From assembly GCA_018781585.1 (NCBI GenBank), contig JADMJT010000006.1, positions 11,116-75,115 of the forward strand: DNA of 64,000 nucleotides. Reading direction: 5' to 3'. The DNA comes from Burkholderiales bacterium. GTDB lineage: Bacteria; Pseudomonadota; Gammaproteobacteria; Burkholderiales; Thiobacteraceae. Positions 11,509 to 21,790 of the stretch are shown here, one piece after another (the first letter of the stretch is position 1; each line of letters starts with the position of its first letter). The notes beneath the pieces were generated by a model that worked only from the letters and a program-made list of their open reading frames with translations, was not told the DNA's origin and did not search any database. The translations under genes were made by a program, and so were the position numbers.

Positions 11509-12822
11509 ATGAGAACCATTGACACACTCATCAACGCACGTTGGATACTTCCGATTGAGCCGCCGGGCATCGTGTTGGAGCATCACAGCATTGCGATCGA
11601 CGCCGGACGTATCGTCGCGCTCTTGCCCACGGCAGACGCCACCGTCGACTTCGCCGCGCGTGAGCATATCGAACTCAATCAGCATGTGCTGATGCCTGGC
11701 CTGATCAATCTGCATACACACGCTGCCATGACGCTGATGCGCGGCCTGGCCGACGATCTGCCGCTGATGACGTGGCTCAAAGATCACATCTGGCCGGCGG
11801 AAGGCCATCACCTTGCGCCCTCATTCGTGAAAGACGGCACGCAACTGGCCTGCGCCGAAATGTTGCGCGGCGGTGTAACCTGCTTCAACGATATGTATTT
11901 TTTTCCCGAAGCCACGGCACAAGCGGTGGACCAAGCGGGTATGCGCGCCATGATCGGCATGATCGCAATCGAATTTCCCACCCCCTATGCCGCCGATGCC
12001 GATGACTATCTGCGCAAGGGCTTGGAAGTGCGCGACGCCTATCGCGACCATGCGCGCATTGCCTTCAGCATGGCGCCGCACGCGCCCTATACGGTGAGCG
12101 ATAAAACCTTCGAGAAAATCCTCACGCTCGCCGAGCAGTTGGAAGCGCCCATTCATATCCATATGCATGAGACACAAGACGAGATCGATCAGAGCCTGAA
12201 CGACCATCAGCTACGCCCCTTGGCACGGCTGCAAAAGCTCGGCTTATTGAGCCCGAGTGTCATCGCCACACACATGGTGCATTTGACCCAGGACGAAATC
12301 GCGCTGTGCGCCGAGCGCGGCGTCAATATTGCGCACTGCCCCGTTTCCAATCTCAAACTCGCCAGCGGCATCGCGCCAATCGCCCAACTCATCGCCAGGG
12401 GTGTCAATATCGGTCTCGGTACCGACGGCGCGGCCAGTAATAATCGTTTGGATTTGCTGAGCGAAATGCGCATTGCAGCCCTGCTCGCCAAAGGCGCCAG
12501 CGGTGACGCCACCGCCCTCCCCGCGCATCAAGCGCTGGCCATGGCCACCCTCAATAGCGCGAAAGCTCTGGGGCTGGAGCAGGAAATCGGCTCACTTAAG
12601 CCGGGCAAAGCGGCGGACATCGTGGCCATAGAATTAGCCACACTAGAAACCGCTCCCCTCTATGACGTCGCCTCGCATTTGGTATACGTAGCGGGGCGAG
12701 AGCAAGTCACCGATGTGTGGGTAAGCGGCAAACGACTCTTGAGCAGCCGCACGCTTACCACACTCGATGCGCATGAACTCGCCGCCAAGGCGGCGCATTG
12801 GCAAGGCGTGCTAAAAAGCTAG
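11509..12822 (+). CDS. TRZ/ATZ-family amidohydrolase, likely 5-methylthioadenosine/S-adenosylhomocysteine deaminase
   Basis: 437 aa. Metal-binding INLHTHAAM (HxH) and HMHE motifs. Sits immediately upstream of ubiG-gph. Confidence 0.7.
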   Translation: MRTIDTLINARWILPIEPPGIVLEHHSIAIDAGRIVALLPTADATVDFAAREHIELNQHVLMPGLINLHTHAAMTLMRGLADDLPLMTWLKDHIWPAEGHHLAPSFVKDGTQLACAEMLRGGVTCFNDMYFFPEATAQAVDQAGMRAMIGMIAIEFPTPYAADADDYLRKGLEVRDAYRDHARIAFSMAPHAPYTVSDKTFEKILTLAEQLEAPIHIHMHETQDEIDQSLNDHQLRPLARLQKLGLLSPSVIATHMVHLTQDEIALCAERGVNIAHCPVSNLKLASGIAPIAQLIARGVNIGLGTDGAASNNRLDLLSEMRIAALLAKGASGDATALPAHQALAMATLNSAKALGLEQEIGSLKPGKAADIVAIELATLETAPLYDVASHLVYVAGREQVTDVWVSGKRLLSSRTLTTLDAHELAAKAAHWQGVLKS

Positions 12823-12834
12823 TATCATCTCGCC

Positions 12835-13530
12835 ATGAACGTTGACGAACTCGAACTACAAAAATTCTCCGCACTCGCGCATCGCTGGTGGGACCCGAAT
12901 AGCGAATTCAAGCCGCTGCACGACATCAACCCGCTGCGGTTGAATTACATCGACGGGCTCGCGCACATCGCCGGAAAAAAGGTCCTCGATGTCGGCTGCG
13001 GCGGCGGCATCCTATCCGAGAGCATGGCCGCGCGCGGCGCCGAGGTGACCGGCATTGATCTCGGCGACAAGCCGCTCAAGGTCGCCAAACTACACTTGCT
13101 CGAAACCGGACAAAAAGTGGATTACCGCTTGATCGCGGTCGAAGATTTGGCCGCGGAGCAACCCGGTCAATTCGATGTCGTCACCTGTATGGAAATGCTC
13201 GAACATGTGCCCGACCCGGCTAGCATCGTCCGCGCCTGCGCGCAGCTTGCCAAACCCGGCGGTCAGGTTTTTTTCTCCACGCTTAACCGCAATCCCAAGT
13301 CATATTTATTCGCGGTGATCGGCGCAGAGTATCTGCTCAATCTACTGCCACGCGGCACGCACGACTACGCTCGATTCATCAAACCCTCCGAACTCGCGCG
13401 CTTTGCCCGCGCTGCCGGATTAAACGTGAGCGAAGTCATCGGCATGAGTTACCAGCCGTTCAGCAAAACCTACTCGCTCGGCCCCGACGCCTCGGTTAAT
13501 TACCTCATCGCTGCCCGCAAAGATGGCTGA
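12835..13530 (+). CDS. ubiG: ubiquinone biosynthesis O-methyltransferase
   Basis: 231 aa. Reads [30 protein letters not shown] with SAM motif [13 protein letters not shown]. Confidence 0.9.
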   Translation: MNVDELELQKFSALAHRWWDPNSEFKPLHDINPLRLNYIDGLAHIAGKKVLDVGCGGGILSESMAARGAEVTGIDLGDKPLKVAKLHLLETGQKVDYRLIAVEDLAAEQPGQFDVVTCMEMLEHVPDPASIVRACAQLAKPGGQVFFSTLNRNPKSYLFAVIGAEYLLNLLPRGTHDYARFIKPSELARFARAAGLNVSEVIGMSYQPFSKTYSLGPDASVNYLIAARKDG

Positions 13531-14179
13531 ACCGATTGGAGCGGTGCTGTTCGATCTGGATGGCACGCTGGCCGACACCGCGCTGGATTTAGCCTACGCG
13601 CTAAATGAACAACGGCGGCGTCACGGCTTAGTCCCCTTGCCGCATGAAACGATCCGCCCACAAGTCTCGCATGGCACACAGGGCTTACTCAAAGTCGGCT
13701 TTGAAGTCACATCGAAGTCGCCAAACTTTGCCACGTTGCGCGCCGAATATCTGGAACTTTATACCCAGCATATCTGCGATCGCACCGTGCTCTTTCCCGG
13801 TATATCCGAGCTACTGCAGGCGCTGGAAGCACGCAAACTGCGCTGGGGGGTCGTCACCAACAAACCGGCGCGCTTTACCCTGCCCTTACTCAAAGCCTTG
13901 AACCTGGAACACCGCGCCGCTTGCATCATCAGCGGCGACTCCACGCCCAATTCCAAACCGCATCCCGAGCCGCTGCTCACCGCCGCCGCGCAAGTGCGTG
14001 TCGCGCCTGCTGCTTGCCTCTATGTCGGCGATGCCGAGCGCGATGTGGAATCGGCGGTCGCCGCCGGCATGAAAGCCCTGATTGCCAACTATGGCTATCT
14101 CGACGTGCAGGATCAGCCCGACACCTGGGGCGCGTATGCGCGCATCGACACGCCGGCCGATATCCTCGGCTTTTTGTAA
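13523..14179 (+). CDS. gph: HAD-family phosphoglycolate phosphatase
   Basis: 218 aa. HAD motif [11 protein letters not shown] and motif [10 protein letters not shown]. Overlaps ubiG by 8 nt. Confidence 0.75.
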   Translation: MAEPIGAVLFDLDGTLADTALDLAYALNEQRRRHGLVPLPHETIRPQVSHGTQGLLKVGFEVTSKSPNFATLRAEYLELYTQHICDRTVLFPGISELLQALEARKLRWGVVTNKPARFTLPLLKALNLEHRAACIISGDSTPNSKPHPEPLLTAAAQVRVAPAACLYVGDAERDVESAVAAGMKALIANYGYLDVQDQPDTWGAYARIDTPADILGFL

Positions 14180-14183
14180 TCCG

Positions 14184-15329
14184 CTAAGGCAACACCGACG
14201 GCATTTGCTTCGTCAGTTCGCTGCGCAGCCCCGGCGCTTGGCCGCATAAAACAAAGCCCTGCAAATTACCCTGCTCGTTCTTAAAGCGCGCCACCAGGCA
14301 TGCCGCTTCCATCTCCATACTCCATTGGCCGGGCTGGTTCGGCGCCGGTGGCGCGACGGTCAAGGGCAGTACGGGCGTTTTTACCACCACCGGCATGGCC
14401 GGGTAACACACAGGCGTGGGCGTGCCGGCCAGCGTCGCCGCCAAGGCGCGCGCCTGCTGTAACAGCGGCTGCACATAGGGCAGCACCCAGCCTTCCACTT
14501 CCGCGCAATCGCCCATGGCGTAAATGCCGGACACGCTCGTTTGCAACATACGATCGACAACGATGCCGCGCCCAGCAGCCACACCTGCTGCCTGCGCCAA
14601 CGCCAAGCGTGGACGCAAACCGATCGCCGATAGCACGACATCCGCTGTCAGCACGGAACCGTCATCCAGCGTCAGCGTGATGCCGTTGCCCGCCGTTTCT
14701 GCGCTGACGGCACGGCGACCGAAATGCCACGCCACCCCAGCCGCTGCCAATGATTCACTGAGGCGTTGTGCAATCGGCGCGGGCAAGATGCGCTCCAAAG
14801 GAGATGCACCGAGGTGCACCACTGCCGCTTCATAACCCGCTGCCGCCAGATCGTTGGCGAACTCACAGCCGATCAAACCGCCGCCAAGAATTGCCACGCT
14901 TTTCTTACCAGCCAGCGCTGTCCGAAACCGCGTGTAATCGCCGAGATCATTCACGCTTAAAATTTTCCCGGCAGCCGGGCCCGCTACGCCGTGCGCGATC
15001 GGGTCCGCCCCCAGCGCCAGCACCAGATGGCTATAGGGCACGCTGCCCTGATCCGTCTCGATCTGCTGCGCAGCGGTATCAATACGAATCACGCGAGTGT
15101 GAGTCAGCACTTCAGCATTCATACTGGCGCTAATTTGCGCCGCAGTCTGATTCGCTAATTGTTCGGGTGCCTTGCCCGTGGCCAGCGCATTGGAGAGACT
15201 CGGCTTGGCATAGGCCGCCCCCTCATCGGCGGTAATGACCGTGACCGGTGTCTCACGATCCAGCTTGCGCAACTCCCGCAACAAGCCGTAGCCGGCCATG
15301 CCCGAACCGATAATGACGATGGGTTCCAT
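14184..15329 (-). CDS. rubredoxin-NAD(+) reductase (FAD-dependent pyridine nucleotide-disulfide oxidoreductase)
   Basis: 381 aa. FAD site IVIIGSGMAGY and NAD site VAILGGGLIGCEFA. Lies directly downstream of a rubredoxin gene. Confidence 0.8.
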   Translation of the reverse strand: MEPIVIIGSGMAGYGLLRELRKLDRETPVTVITADEGAAYAKPSLSNALATGKAPEQLANQTAAQISASMNAEVLTHTRVIRIDTAAQQIETDQGSVPYSHLVLALGADPIAHGVAGPAAGKILSVNDLGDYTRFRTALAGKKSVAILGGGLIGCEFANDLAAAGYEAAVVHLGASPLERILPAPIAQRLSESLAAAGVAWHFGRRAVSAETAGNGITLTLDDGSVLTADVVLSAIGLRPRLALAQAAGVAAGRGIVVDRMLQTSVSGIYAMGDCAEVEGWVLPYVQPLLQQARALAATLAGTPTPVCYPAMPVVVKTPVLPLTVAPPAPNQPGQWSMEMEAACLVARFKNEQGNLQGFVLCGQAPGLRSELTKQMPSVLP

Positions 15330-15344
15330 ACTGGTTTCCTTTTG

Positions 15345-15521
15345 TTACGCTGCGATCTGAATCATTTCGAAATCGGCTTTGGCTACGCCGCAGTCGGGGC
15401 AGGCCCAGTCCACCGGAATATCTTCCCAGCGCGTGCCGGCCGGGATGCCGTCTTCCGGCAAGCCCACCGCTTCGTCGTAAATAAAGCCACACACCACACA
15501 TTCCCATTTAGCTGCATTCAT
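15345..15521 (-). CDS. rubredoxin (58 aa; below the ORF-track length cutoff)
   Basis: My translation is [58 protein letters not shown]. It carries two CxxCG knuckles (CVVCG, CPDCG) and the conserved W/Y/F core. Confidence 0.9.
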   Translation of the reverse strand: MNAAKWECVVCGFIYDEAVGLPEDGIPAGTRWEDIPVDWACPDCGVAKADFEMIQIAA

Positions 15522-15567
15522 GATATTTCCTTTCGATTAAAGTTACTCGCTTAGCGAGTCTAAGTCC

Positions 15568-15591
15568 CTCTCTCCCGCTTGCGGGAGAGAG
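15568..15591. other. 11-bp GC/CT-rich inverted repeat between the rubrerythrin and rubredoxin genes; no T-tract
   Basis: CTCTCTCCCGC-tt-GCGGGAGAGAG. A second small hairpin ACTCGC-tta-GCGAGT lies at 15545-15559. Confidence 0.4.
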
Positions 15592-15616
15592 TTAGGAGAG
15601 AGGGCAACAACCATCA

Positions 15617-16111
15617 TTAAGCTGCTGCTTTCTCTTTATGCGGCCCCGCTACTTGTGCGGCACGTGCGCGGTAGTGATTCGCATGGCGCTCTTCCACCTT
15701 GGCCAACGCGGCGAAGCGCTTTTCGGCCTTGGCGAGGATGGCGCGGAACTGCTCGGCATGCGCTTGCGACTCGGCGATTTGCTCATCGAATTCCGCCACC
15801 GCCGCTTGCTGACCCTCCACTTCGGCTTCATGCCGAAACGTCGGGTACATTTCTGTGTATTCATGCGTCTCGCCGGCAATCGCATATTCCAAACATTTCG
15901 CCGGACTCATGCCGGCACGGGGGAAGAGCAAGTCGGCGTGACCGAGCGCGTGCTGTACTTCCTGCGCTGCCGTGTCTTCGAAAATACGCGCCGATTCCTC
16001 ATCGCCCGCCGCACGGCAAACCTTGGCAAAGTGCAGGTATTTGATATGCGCCATGGATTCGCCGGCAAACGCGGCTTCCAAATTTTGGATAGTGATAGAA
16101 GCTTGTTTCAT
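15617..16111 (-). CDS. rubrerythrin-family ferritin-like diiron protein (no C-terminal rubredoxin domain)
   Basis: 164 aa. Reads NLEAAFAGESMAHIKY...AAQEVQHA...AIAGETHEYTEMYP...ESQHAEQF, giving ExxH diiron ligand pairs. No CxxC at the C-terminus. Confidence 0.8.
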   Translation of the reverse strand: MKQASITIQNLEAAFAGESMAHIKYLHFAKVCRAAGDEESARIFEDTAAQEVQHALGHADLLFPRAGMSPAKCLEYAIAGETHEYTEMYPTFRHEAEVEGQQAAVAEFDEQIAESQAHAEQFRAILAKAEKRFAALAKVEERHANHYRARAAQVAGPHKEKAAA

Positions 16112-16233
16112 GTCGATCTCCTGTTTGGGTTACGTCCGTTATGTAGACACCCCGCATTCTGGGCAAACCCTATCAATCTATCCAATGGATTAATTTTGTA
16201 ATATTGATCGATATATTCGATTAATATAAGCCC

Positions 16234-17175
16234 ATGGCTGCCCTACCCTCTCTGCGCCAACTGAGCTACCTGGTCGCTCTGGCCGAACGCCTGAATTTCA
16301 CTCAGGCGGCACAGGACTGCTTCGTCACGCAATCGACCCTCTCCGCTGGCATCATGGAACTGGAATCGATTCTGAATGCGCGCTTGGTAGAACGCGAACG
16401 GCACCGCGTTTTCATGACGCCGCTAGGCCTGGAGATTACAGAACGGGCGCGCGGGTTGCTGGCGGCGGCAGAAGACTTGGCGCAAACCGCAGCGCGTGCC
16501 GCCGACCCGCTCGCGGGTATGGTGCGGCTGGGCGTGATTCCCACCATCGCGCCTTTTCTACTACCCATGGTGCTGCCGGAAATGCGCAGTCGTTATCCCG
16601 GGCTGCAATTTGCGCTGCGCGAAGACCTCACTGCCAATCTACTGGCTCGGCTCGACAGCGGCCAACTCGATTTCGCCTTGATCGCCCTCCCTTATGAATT
16701 GGGCAATCTCATGACGCGCACACTGTTTAGCGAAGAGCTGTGGCTGGTCACGCCGCCCGGCAAAAAAAATCCGCGGCGCGTGAATGTCTCCGCCATCAAT
16801 CCGGAACAATTACTGCTGTTGGAAGAAGGCCATTGCCTGCGCGGCCATATTCTGAGCGGTTGCGGGCTCAATGCGCGCCCGCACGGCCTGGAAGCAACTA
16901 GCCTCTACACCTTGGTGCAAATGATTGAGGAAGGCATGGGCGTGGGATTATTGCCGGAGATGACCCTGCGCGCCGGTTTGCTAAAAAATAGTCCGCTCAT
17001 CGCACAACCTTTTGCCGCACCCGCCCCCACGCGCAGCATCGCATTAGTGGCGCGCGCCTCGACTGCGCGCCGTGACGCATTCGACCGATTAAGCGAAGTA
17101 ATCATCGCGCAACATAGCCGAAGTCTGGCGGCCAAGCTGCCTTCTGTATCGCGGCGAGGACGTCCTGCCACCTAG
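16234..17175 (+). CDS. oxyR: LysR-family regulator, OxyR-like peroxide sensor
   Basis: 313 aa. The HTH reads LRQLSYLVALAERLNFTQAAQDCFVTQSTLSAGI. The redox-cysteine context EEGHCLRGHILSGCG resembles the OxyR C199/C208 region. Divergent from the rubrerythrin gene. Confidence 0.75.
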   Translation: MAALPSLRQLSYLVALAERLNFTQAAQDCFVTQSTLSAGIMELESILNARLVERERHRVFMTPLGLEITERARGLLAAAEDLAQTAARAADPLAGMVRLGVIPTIAPFLLPMVLPEMRSRYPGLQFALREDLTANLLARLDSGQLDFALIALPYELGNLMTRTLFSEELWLVTPPGKKNPRRVNVSAINPEQLLLLEEGHCLRGHILSGCGLNARPHGLEATSLYTLVQMIEEGMGVGLLPEMTLRAGLLKNSPLIAQPFAAPAPTRSIALVARASTARRDAFDRLSEVIIAQHSRSLAAKLPSVSRRGRPAT

Positions 17176-17256
17176 CCCATTCACGCTACCCCCCTCTACA
17201 TGCGCCAGAACCGCCTATAATAATTTTTAGCCCTATCGCCTTAGAGGAGACTCAAA

Positions 17257-17712
17257 GTGATTGCTATATCCGTCAATGGCAAGAAGTTTCAAGTCGATGT
17301 CGAACCCGACACACCCGTCCTGTGGGTGCTGCGCGATCAACTCGGCTTCACCGGCACTAAATATGGCTGCGGCGTCGCACAATGCGGCGCCTGCACGGTG
17401 CATCTCAACGGCAATCCGATCCGCGCCTGCGTCACACCGGTGTCGGCCGTAGCCGGACAAAAGATCACCACCATCGAAGGCCTCAGCTCCAAGGTCGGCC
17501 GCGCCGTGCAAACCGCCTGGGAAAAACTCGAAGTCGTGCAATGTGGTTACTGTCAGTCGGGACAGATCATGTCTGCCGTCGCCCTGCTCAGCACCAACAA
17601 GAAACCCAGCGACGAAGATATCGACAGCGCAATGGCGGGCAATCTGTGTCGCTGCGCCACCTATCAACGCATCCGCGCCGCGATTCACGAAGCGGCCAAG
17701 TCGTTAAAGTGA
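17257..17712 (+). CDS. (2Fe-2S)-binding small subunit of a molybdenum hydroxylase (IorA / aldehyde dehydrogenase type)
   Basis: 151 aa with a GTG start after GAGGAG. Cluster motifs [12 protein letters not shown] and [10 protein letters not shown]...[10 protein letters not shown]. Confidence 0.85.
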   Translation: MIAISVNGKKFQVDVEPDTPVLWVLRDQLGFTGTKYGCGVAQCGACTVHLNGNPIRACVTPVSAVAGQKITTIEGLSSKVGRAVQTAWEKLEVVQCGYCQSGQIMSAVALLSTNKKPSDEDIDSAMAGNLCRCATYQRIRAAIHEAAKSLK

Positions 17713-17722
17713 GGAGGCGAAC

Positions 17723-19936
17723 ATGAGCGAAATCAAAATCGTCAATGAAAGCCGCCGCCGCTTTCTTCAGGCCGGCGCCGGGCTCACCCTTGCCATCTAT
17801 CTGCCTGGCGGCTATGCCGCACCGGTCGAGGCCACGCCGGGAAAAGCCGGCTCCGCAGCGCCCGCCACCGTCATCGAATTCGAACCCAATGCCTTTGTGC
17901 GGATCGGCGAAGACAATACCGTCACGGTGATCGCCAAACATCTGGAGATGGGGCAAGGCACCTACACCGGTCTCGCCACCCTGGTGGCAGAGGAACTCGA
18001 TGCCGCCTGGCCGCAAATCAAGGTAGAAGGCGCACCGGCCAATGCCAGGCGCTACAACAACCTGCTGTGGGGGCCCATGCAAGGCACCGGCGGCAGCACG
18101 GCCATGGCCAACTCATTCGAGCAGATGCGCCGGGCAGGCGCCGCAGCGCGCTTCATGCTGGTCGCGGCGGCGGCTGCAGAATGGAGCGTGCCGGCAAAAG
18201 AAATCACGGTTAAAAACGGCATCGTCAGCCACGCTGCCTCCAATCGAAAAGCCAGCTTTGGCGAACTCAGCGCCAAGGCCGCGATGCAAGCGGCCCCCCA
18301 ACCAGAAGACATTACGCTCAAGGAACCCAAAGATTTTGTCTACATCGGCAAACAATCGCCGCGCCAAGACAGCAAACCCAAGATCAACGGCAGTGCCCAA
18401 TTCACCAGCGACGTGAAGCTGCCGGGCATGCTCACCGCCCTCGTCGCCCGCGCACCGCGCTTCGGCGCCACCGTAAAATCCTTCGACGCTTCGGGGGCGA
18501 AGGCGATTGTTGGCGTGCACGACGTGGTTGCGATTCCGAATGGGGTTGCCGTACTGGCGAAAGATTTCTGGACCGCCAAGCAGGGCCGCGACGCGCTCAA
18601 AATCGAGTGGGATGAGAGCAAGGCGTTCAAGCTCAACAGCAGCGACATGCTCGCGCACTACAAGACCCTGGCGCGCTCCCCCGGCGCCGTCGCCCGCAAG
18701 GCGGGGGATGCCGAAAAAACCCTGGGCCGCGCCGCCAAGCGCCTGGAAGCAGCGTTCGAGTTTCCTTATCTGGCCCACGCCGCGATGGAGCCAATGGATT
18801 GCGTGGTCAAGCTCACGGGCGATCAGTGCGAAATCTGGAACGGCGAACAATCACAGACCAGTGACCAAATGAATGTCGGCAAACTGCTCGGCATCCCACC
18901 CGAGAACGTGAAAATCAACATGCTCTACGCGGGCGGCAGTTTCGGCCGCCGCGCCAACCCGCATTCCGACTATGTGTTGGAAGCGGTGCAAATCGCCAAG
19001 GCCATCAAGGGCCGCGTGCCGGTGAAAATGATCTGGACGCGCGAGGACGACCTGCGCGCCGGGCAATATCGGCCGATGTTCTACCACACGCTGCGCGCGG
19101 GGCTGGATGCGAGCGGCAATCTGGTCGCCTGGCAGCACCGTCTGGTGGGCCAGTCCATCATCGCCGGTACCGCTTTCGAAGGCGGCATGATGAAAGACGG
19201 CATCGATATCACCTCGGTCGAGGGCGCCGCCAACCTGCCTTATGCTGTTCCCAACCTGCTGGTGGATCTGCACACGCCGAAGTATCCGGTGCCGGTGCAG
19301 TGGTGGCGCTCGGTCGGCTCCACGCACACAGCCTTTTCCACCGAAGTGTTCATTGACGAAGTCGCCCACGCCGCGGGCAAAGATCCGCTCGAGTTGCGCC
19401 GCAGCTTGCTCAAGAAACACCCGCGCCACTTGGCGGTGCTGGAGCTGGCAGCGAACAAAGCCGGCTGGGGTAAACCGCTCGCGGCCAAGGACGGTGTGCG
19501 GCGCGGGCGCGGCATCGCAGTACATGAATCCTTCGGGACAGTAGTCGCGCAAATCGCCGAAGTCAGCGTAAAAGCAGACGGCAGCTTCAAGGTTGACCGG
19601 GTAGTGTGCACCGTCGATTGCGGCATCGCCATCAACCCGAGCATCGTCCGCGCCCAGATGGAAGGCGGCATCGGCTTCGGCCTCTCTGCCGCACTCTACA
19701 GCGCCGTCACGCTGAAAGAAGGCCAAGTGGAGCAATCCAATTTCCACGACTACCCGCTACTGCGCATGAGCGAAATGCCGCAGGTTGAAGTGCACATCAT
19801 TCCCTCCAGCGCCAATCCCAGCGGCGTAGGTGAGCCGGGCGTGCCGCCGATTGCACCGGCCGTGGCCAATGCCCTATTCGCCGCCACTGGCAAGCGCCTG
19901 CGCAATCTGCCGCTGCAAGCAAAAGATTTGGTTTAA
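17723..19936 (+). CDS. molybdopterin-binding large subunit (IorB-type, xanthine dehydrogenase family) with a Tat signal
   Basis: 737 aa. Twin-arginine signal [15 protein letters not shown] and an aldehyde oxidase/XDH-like body (GGSFGRR, WWRSVG). Confidence 0.8.
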   Translation: MSEIKIVNESRRRFLQAGAGLTLAIYLPGGYAAPVEATPGKAGSAAPATVIEFEPNAFVRIGEDNTVTVIAKHLEMGQGTYTGLATLVAEELDAAWPQIKVEGAPANARRYNNLLWGPMQGTGGSTAMANSFEQMRRAGAAARFMLVAAAAAEWSVPAKEITVKNGIVSHAASNRKASFGELSAKAAMQAAPQPEDITLKEPKDFVYIGKQSPRQDSKPKINGSAQFTSDVKLPGMLTALVARAPRFGATVKSFDASGAKAIVGVHDVVAIPNGVAVLAKDFWTAKQGRDALKIEWDESKAFKLNSSDMLAHYKTLARSPGAVARKAGDAEKTLGRAAKRLEAAFEFPYLAHAAMEPMDCVVKLTGDQCEIWNGEQSQTSDQMNVGKLLGIPPENVKINMLYAGGSFGRRANPHSDYVLEAVQIAKAIKGRVPVKMIWTREDDLRAGQYRPMFYHTLRAGLDASGNLVAWQHRLVGQSIIAGTAFEGGMMKDGIDITSVEGAANLPYAVPNLLVDLHTPKYPVPVQWWRSVGSTHTAFSTEVFIDEVAHAAGKDPLELRRSLLKKHPRHLAVLELAANKAGWGKPLAAKDGVRRGRGIAVHESFGTVVAQIAEVSVKADGSFKVDRVVCTVDCGIAINPSIVRAQMEGGIGFGLSAALYSAVTLKEGQVEQSNFHDYPLLRMSEMPQVEVHIIPSSANPSGVGEPGVPPIAPAVANALFAATGKRLRNLPLQAKDLV

Positions 19937-19983
19937 TCGGCGTTTGGAAAATACACGATCAGCACGTGTAATGCTCGTGTTGG

Positions 19984-20037
19984 TTGCCGGCAGGATGCCG
20001 GCGCTACATATCCGTAGCGTCGGCTTCCAGCCGGCAA
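19984..20037. repeat. 24-bp imperfect palindrome (REP-like element or terminator) downstream of the large subunit gene
   Basis: TTGCCGGCAGGATGCCGGCGCTAC-atatcc-GTAGCGTCGGCTTCCAGCCGGCAA. 21 of 24 positions pair. Confidence 0.55.
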
Positions 20038-20093
20038 ATCGACCCAGTACCCAGCAGGTACAATCTCGCCTAATGATGAACATTTAATAGACT

Positions 20094-21080
20094 ATGCCTA
20101 GCGCCGAAATCGAAGTCCTAAGCACCCTACGCTTCTGGCAAGCGCAAGGCCAATCCGCCGCGCTCGCCACCGTCGTGCGCACTTATGGTTCCAGCCCGCG
20201 CCCGGCAGGGTCGCTGGTGGCGATTCGCGCCGATGGTGCGGTGATCGGCTCCGTTTCCGGCGGCTGCATCGAGCAGGATTTGATCGAGCGCGTGCGTATG
20301 GCAATACCCGCATTGCCGCAACGCCTGGTTTATGGCGGCGCGGCGGAAGAAAATCGGCGCTGGAGCATGCCCTGCGGCGGTCAGATGGAGTTAGTGCTCG
20401 AATCCGCGCCCAGCGCCGCGATACTCGATCAACTCCTCGCTGCATTGCATGCGCGGCAACCCATCGCGCGCCGGCTCGATCTGGCGAGCGGCGTATCCAC
20501 CTTGTTTACGCCCAGCGCCACCACCCGCTTAATCTGCGACGAGCAACAACTCATCATCCCCCACGGCCCGCAACTGCGCCTACTCATCATCGGTGCGGTG
20601 CAAACCGCGCGCTATCTGGCCGAAATGGCTGCGGCGCTCGATTACACCGTCTTGGTTTGCGATCCGCGCGAAGAATATCGCCTCACCTGGAATGTGCCGG
20701 GCAGCGAACTACTCGACGGCATGCCGGACGATGCCATCACGGCTATGCAGCCCGATGCTTATACCGCTATCGTGGCGCTGACCCACGACCCCAAGCTCGA
20801 CGACATGGCGCTGATGGAAGCACTGCGCTCGCCCGCCTTCTACGTTGGCGCGCTCGGATCAAAGCGCAACAACACCAAGCGGCGCGAACGCTTGGCCTTG
20901 CTCGATCTGGCAGCGGATGACATCGCACGCTTGCGCGGGCCGGTAGGCTTGCCGATCGGCTCGCGCACCCCGCCCGAAATCGCCGTAGCCATCCTGGCCG
21001 ATCTGATCGCCGTGCGCAACGGCATCGAATTGATTGCGGCAAGCGCGCCCACGCTCCAGCCGCAATACGCCACCGCGTGA
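20094..21080 (+). CDS. XdhC-family molybdenum-hydroxylase maturation/accessory protein
   Basis: 328 aa. N-terminal XdhC_CoxI-like region (ALATVVRTYGSSPRPAGS...GSVSGGCIE) and a Rossmann-like C-terminal half (LLIIGAVQTARYLA). Confidence 0.75.
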   Translation: MPSAEIEVLSTLRFWQAQGQSAALATVVRTYGSSPRPAGSLVAIRADGAVIGSVSGGCIEQDLIERVRMAIPALPQRLVYGGAAEENRRWSMPCGGQMELVLESAPSAAILDQLLAALHARQPIARRLDLASGVSTLFTPSATTRLICDEQQLIIPHGPQLRLLIIGAVQTARYLAEMAAALDYTVLVCDPREEYRLTWNVPGSELLDGMPDDAITAMQPDAYTAIVALTHDPKLDDMALMEALRSPAFYVGALGSKRNNTKRRERLALLDLAADDIARLRGPVGLPIGSRTPPEIAVAILADLIAVRNGIELIAASAPTLQPQYATA

Positions 21081-21637
21081 TCGCCGGCATCCTGCTCGCC
21101 GCCGGAAGCAGCACCCGCTTCGGCTCCCACAAGCTCTTGCACCTGCTGCCCGACGGCACGCCCATGGCTGTGGCCGCGCTGCGCAATCTGGCGCAAGGCG
21201 TGGATGAGGTCATCGCAATCGTGCGCCCCGGCGATGCCGAATTGATGCAGCTACTAGCGCGAGAAAATGTTCGGGTACTGCCTTGCGCCAACGCAGAGCA
21301 AGGCATGGGCGCCAGCCTCGCCTGCGGCGTTTGCGCAGCACCCGATGCTGAGGGCTGGATTATCGCCTTGGCGGATATGCCCTTCGTGCCGGGGGAGATC
21401 GTCTCCACCCTCGCCACCCGGCTCAAAGCAGGCGACGCCATCGTGGCACCGGCATACCTTGGCCAGCGCGGCCATCCGGTGGGCTTTAGCCGCGCGTTTT
21501 ATCCAGCGCTCGCCGCACTCAGCGGTGACCGTGGCGCGCGGCATTTACTCGACCTGCATGTAGAGCAACTGCACTTAATTGCTGCAAATGAGCCCGGCAT
21601 CTTGCACGACATAGATACGCCAGAGGATTTGTCTTAG
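21077..21637 (+). CDS. MobA/MocA-like nucleotidyltransferase (molybdenum cofactor cytidylyl/guanylyltransferase)
   Basis: 186 aa with a GTG start overlapping the xdhC stop. Reads ILLAAGSSTRFGSHKLL...ALADMPFV. Confidence 0.7.
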   Translation: MIAGILLAAGSSTRFGSHKLLHLLPDGTPMAVAALRNLAQGVDEVIAIVRPGDAELMQLLARENVRVLPCANAEQGMGASLACGVCAAPDAEGWIIALADMPFVPGEIVSTLATRLKAGDAIVAPAYLGQRGHPVGFSRAFYPALAALSGDRGARHLLDLHVEQLHLIAANEPGILHDIDTPEDLS

Positions 21638-21730
21638 GAATTTGACTACACCCATACTAGGCAACTGTAGCGCCGATTTCCATCAGAAAAAACAGTGCAT
21701 AACCAATAAGTTATGCTTTTCCGTTGCAGA

Positions 21731-21790
21731 AATGGGTGTAAATGGATAGCTATTTAGCTAACCCACACAAATGGGTGTAATTGGGTGTAA
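21731..21790 (+). promoter_or_regulatory. three direct copies of a (A/T)TGGGTGTAA motif at the Fic gene 5-prime end
   Basis: AATGGGTGTAA occurs at 21731-21741 and 21770-21780, and TTGGGTGTAA at 21781-21790. The first in-frame ATG (21771) lies inside the repeats. Confidence 0.4.

Noticed and set aside
17233-17688. 151-aa minus-strand ORF
   Set aside because: Mirror image of the 2Fe-2S subunit gene, whose plus-strand translation has the cysteine cluster motifs.
18113-19747. 245-aa and 298-aa minus-strand ORFs
   Set aside because: Both are antisense to the molybdopterin subunit gene and have no motifs.
20767-21441. 224-aa minus-strand ORF spanning the xdhC/mocA junction
   Set aside because: Antisense shadow ORF with Ala/Arg/Ser-rich low-complexity translation.
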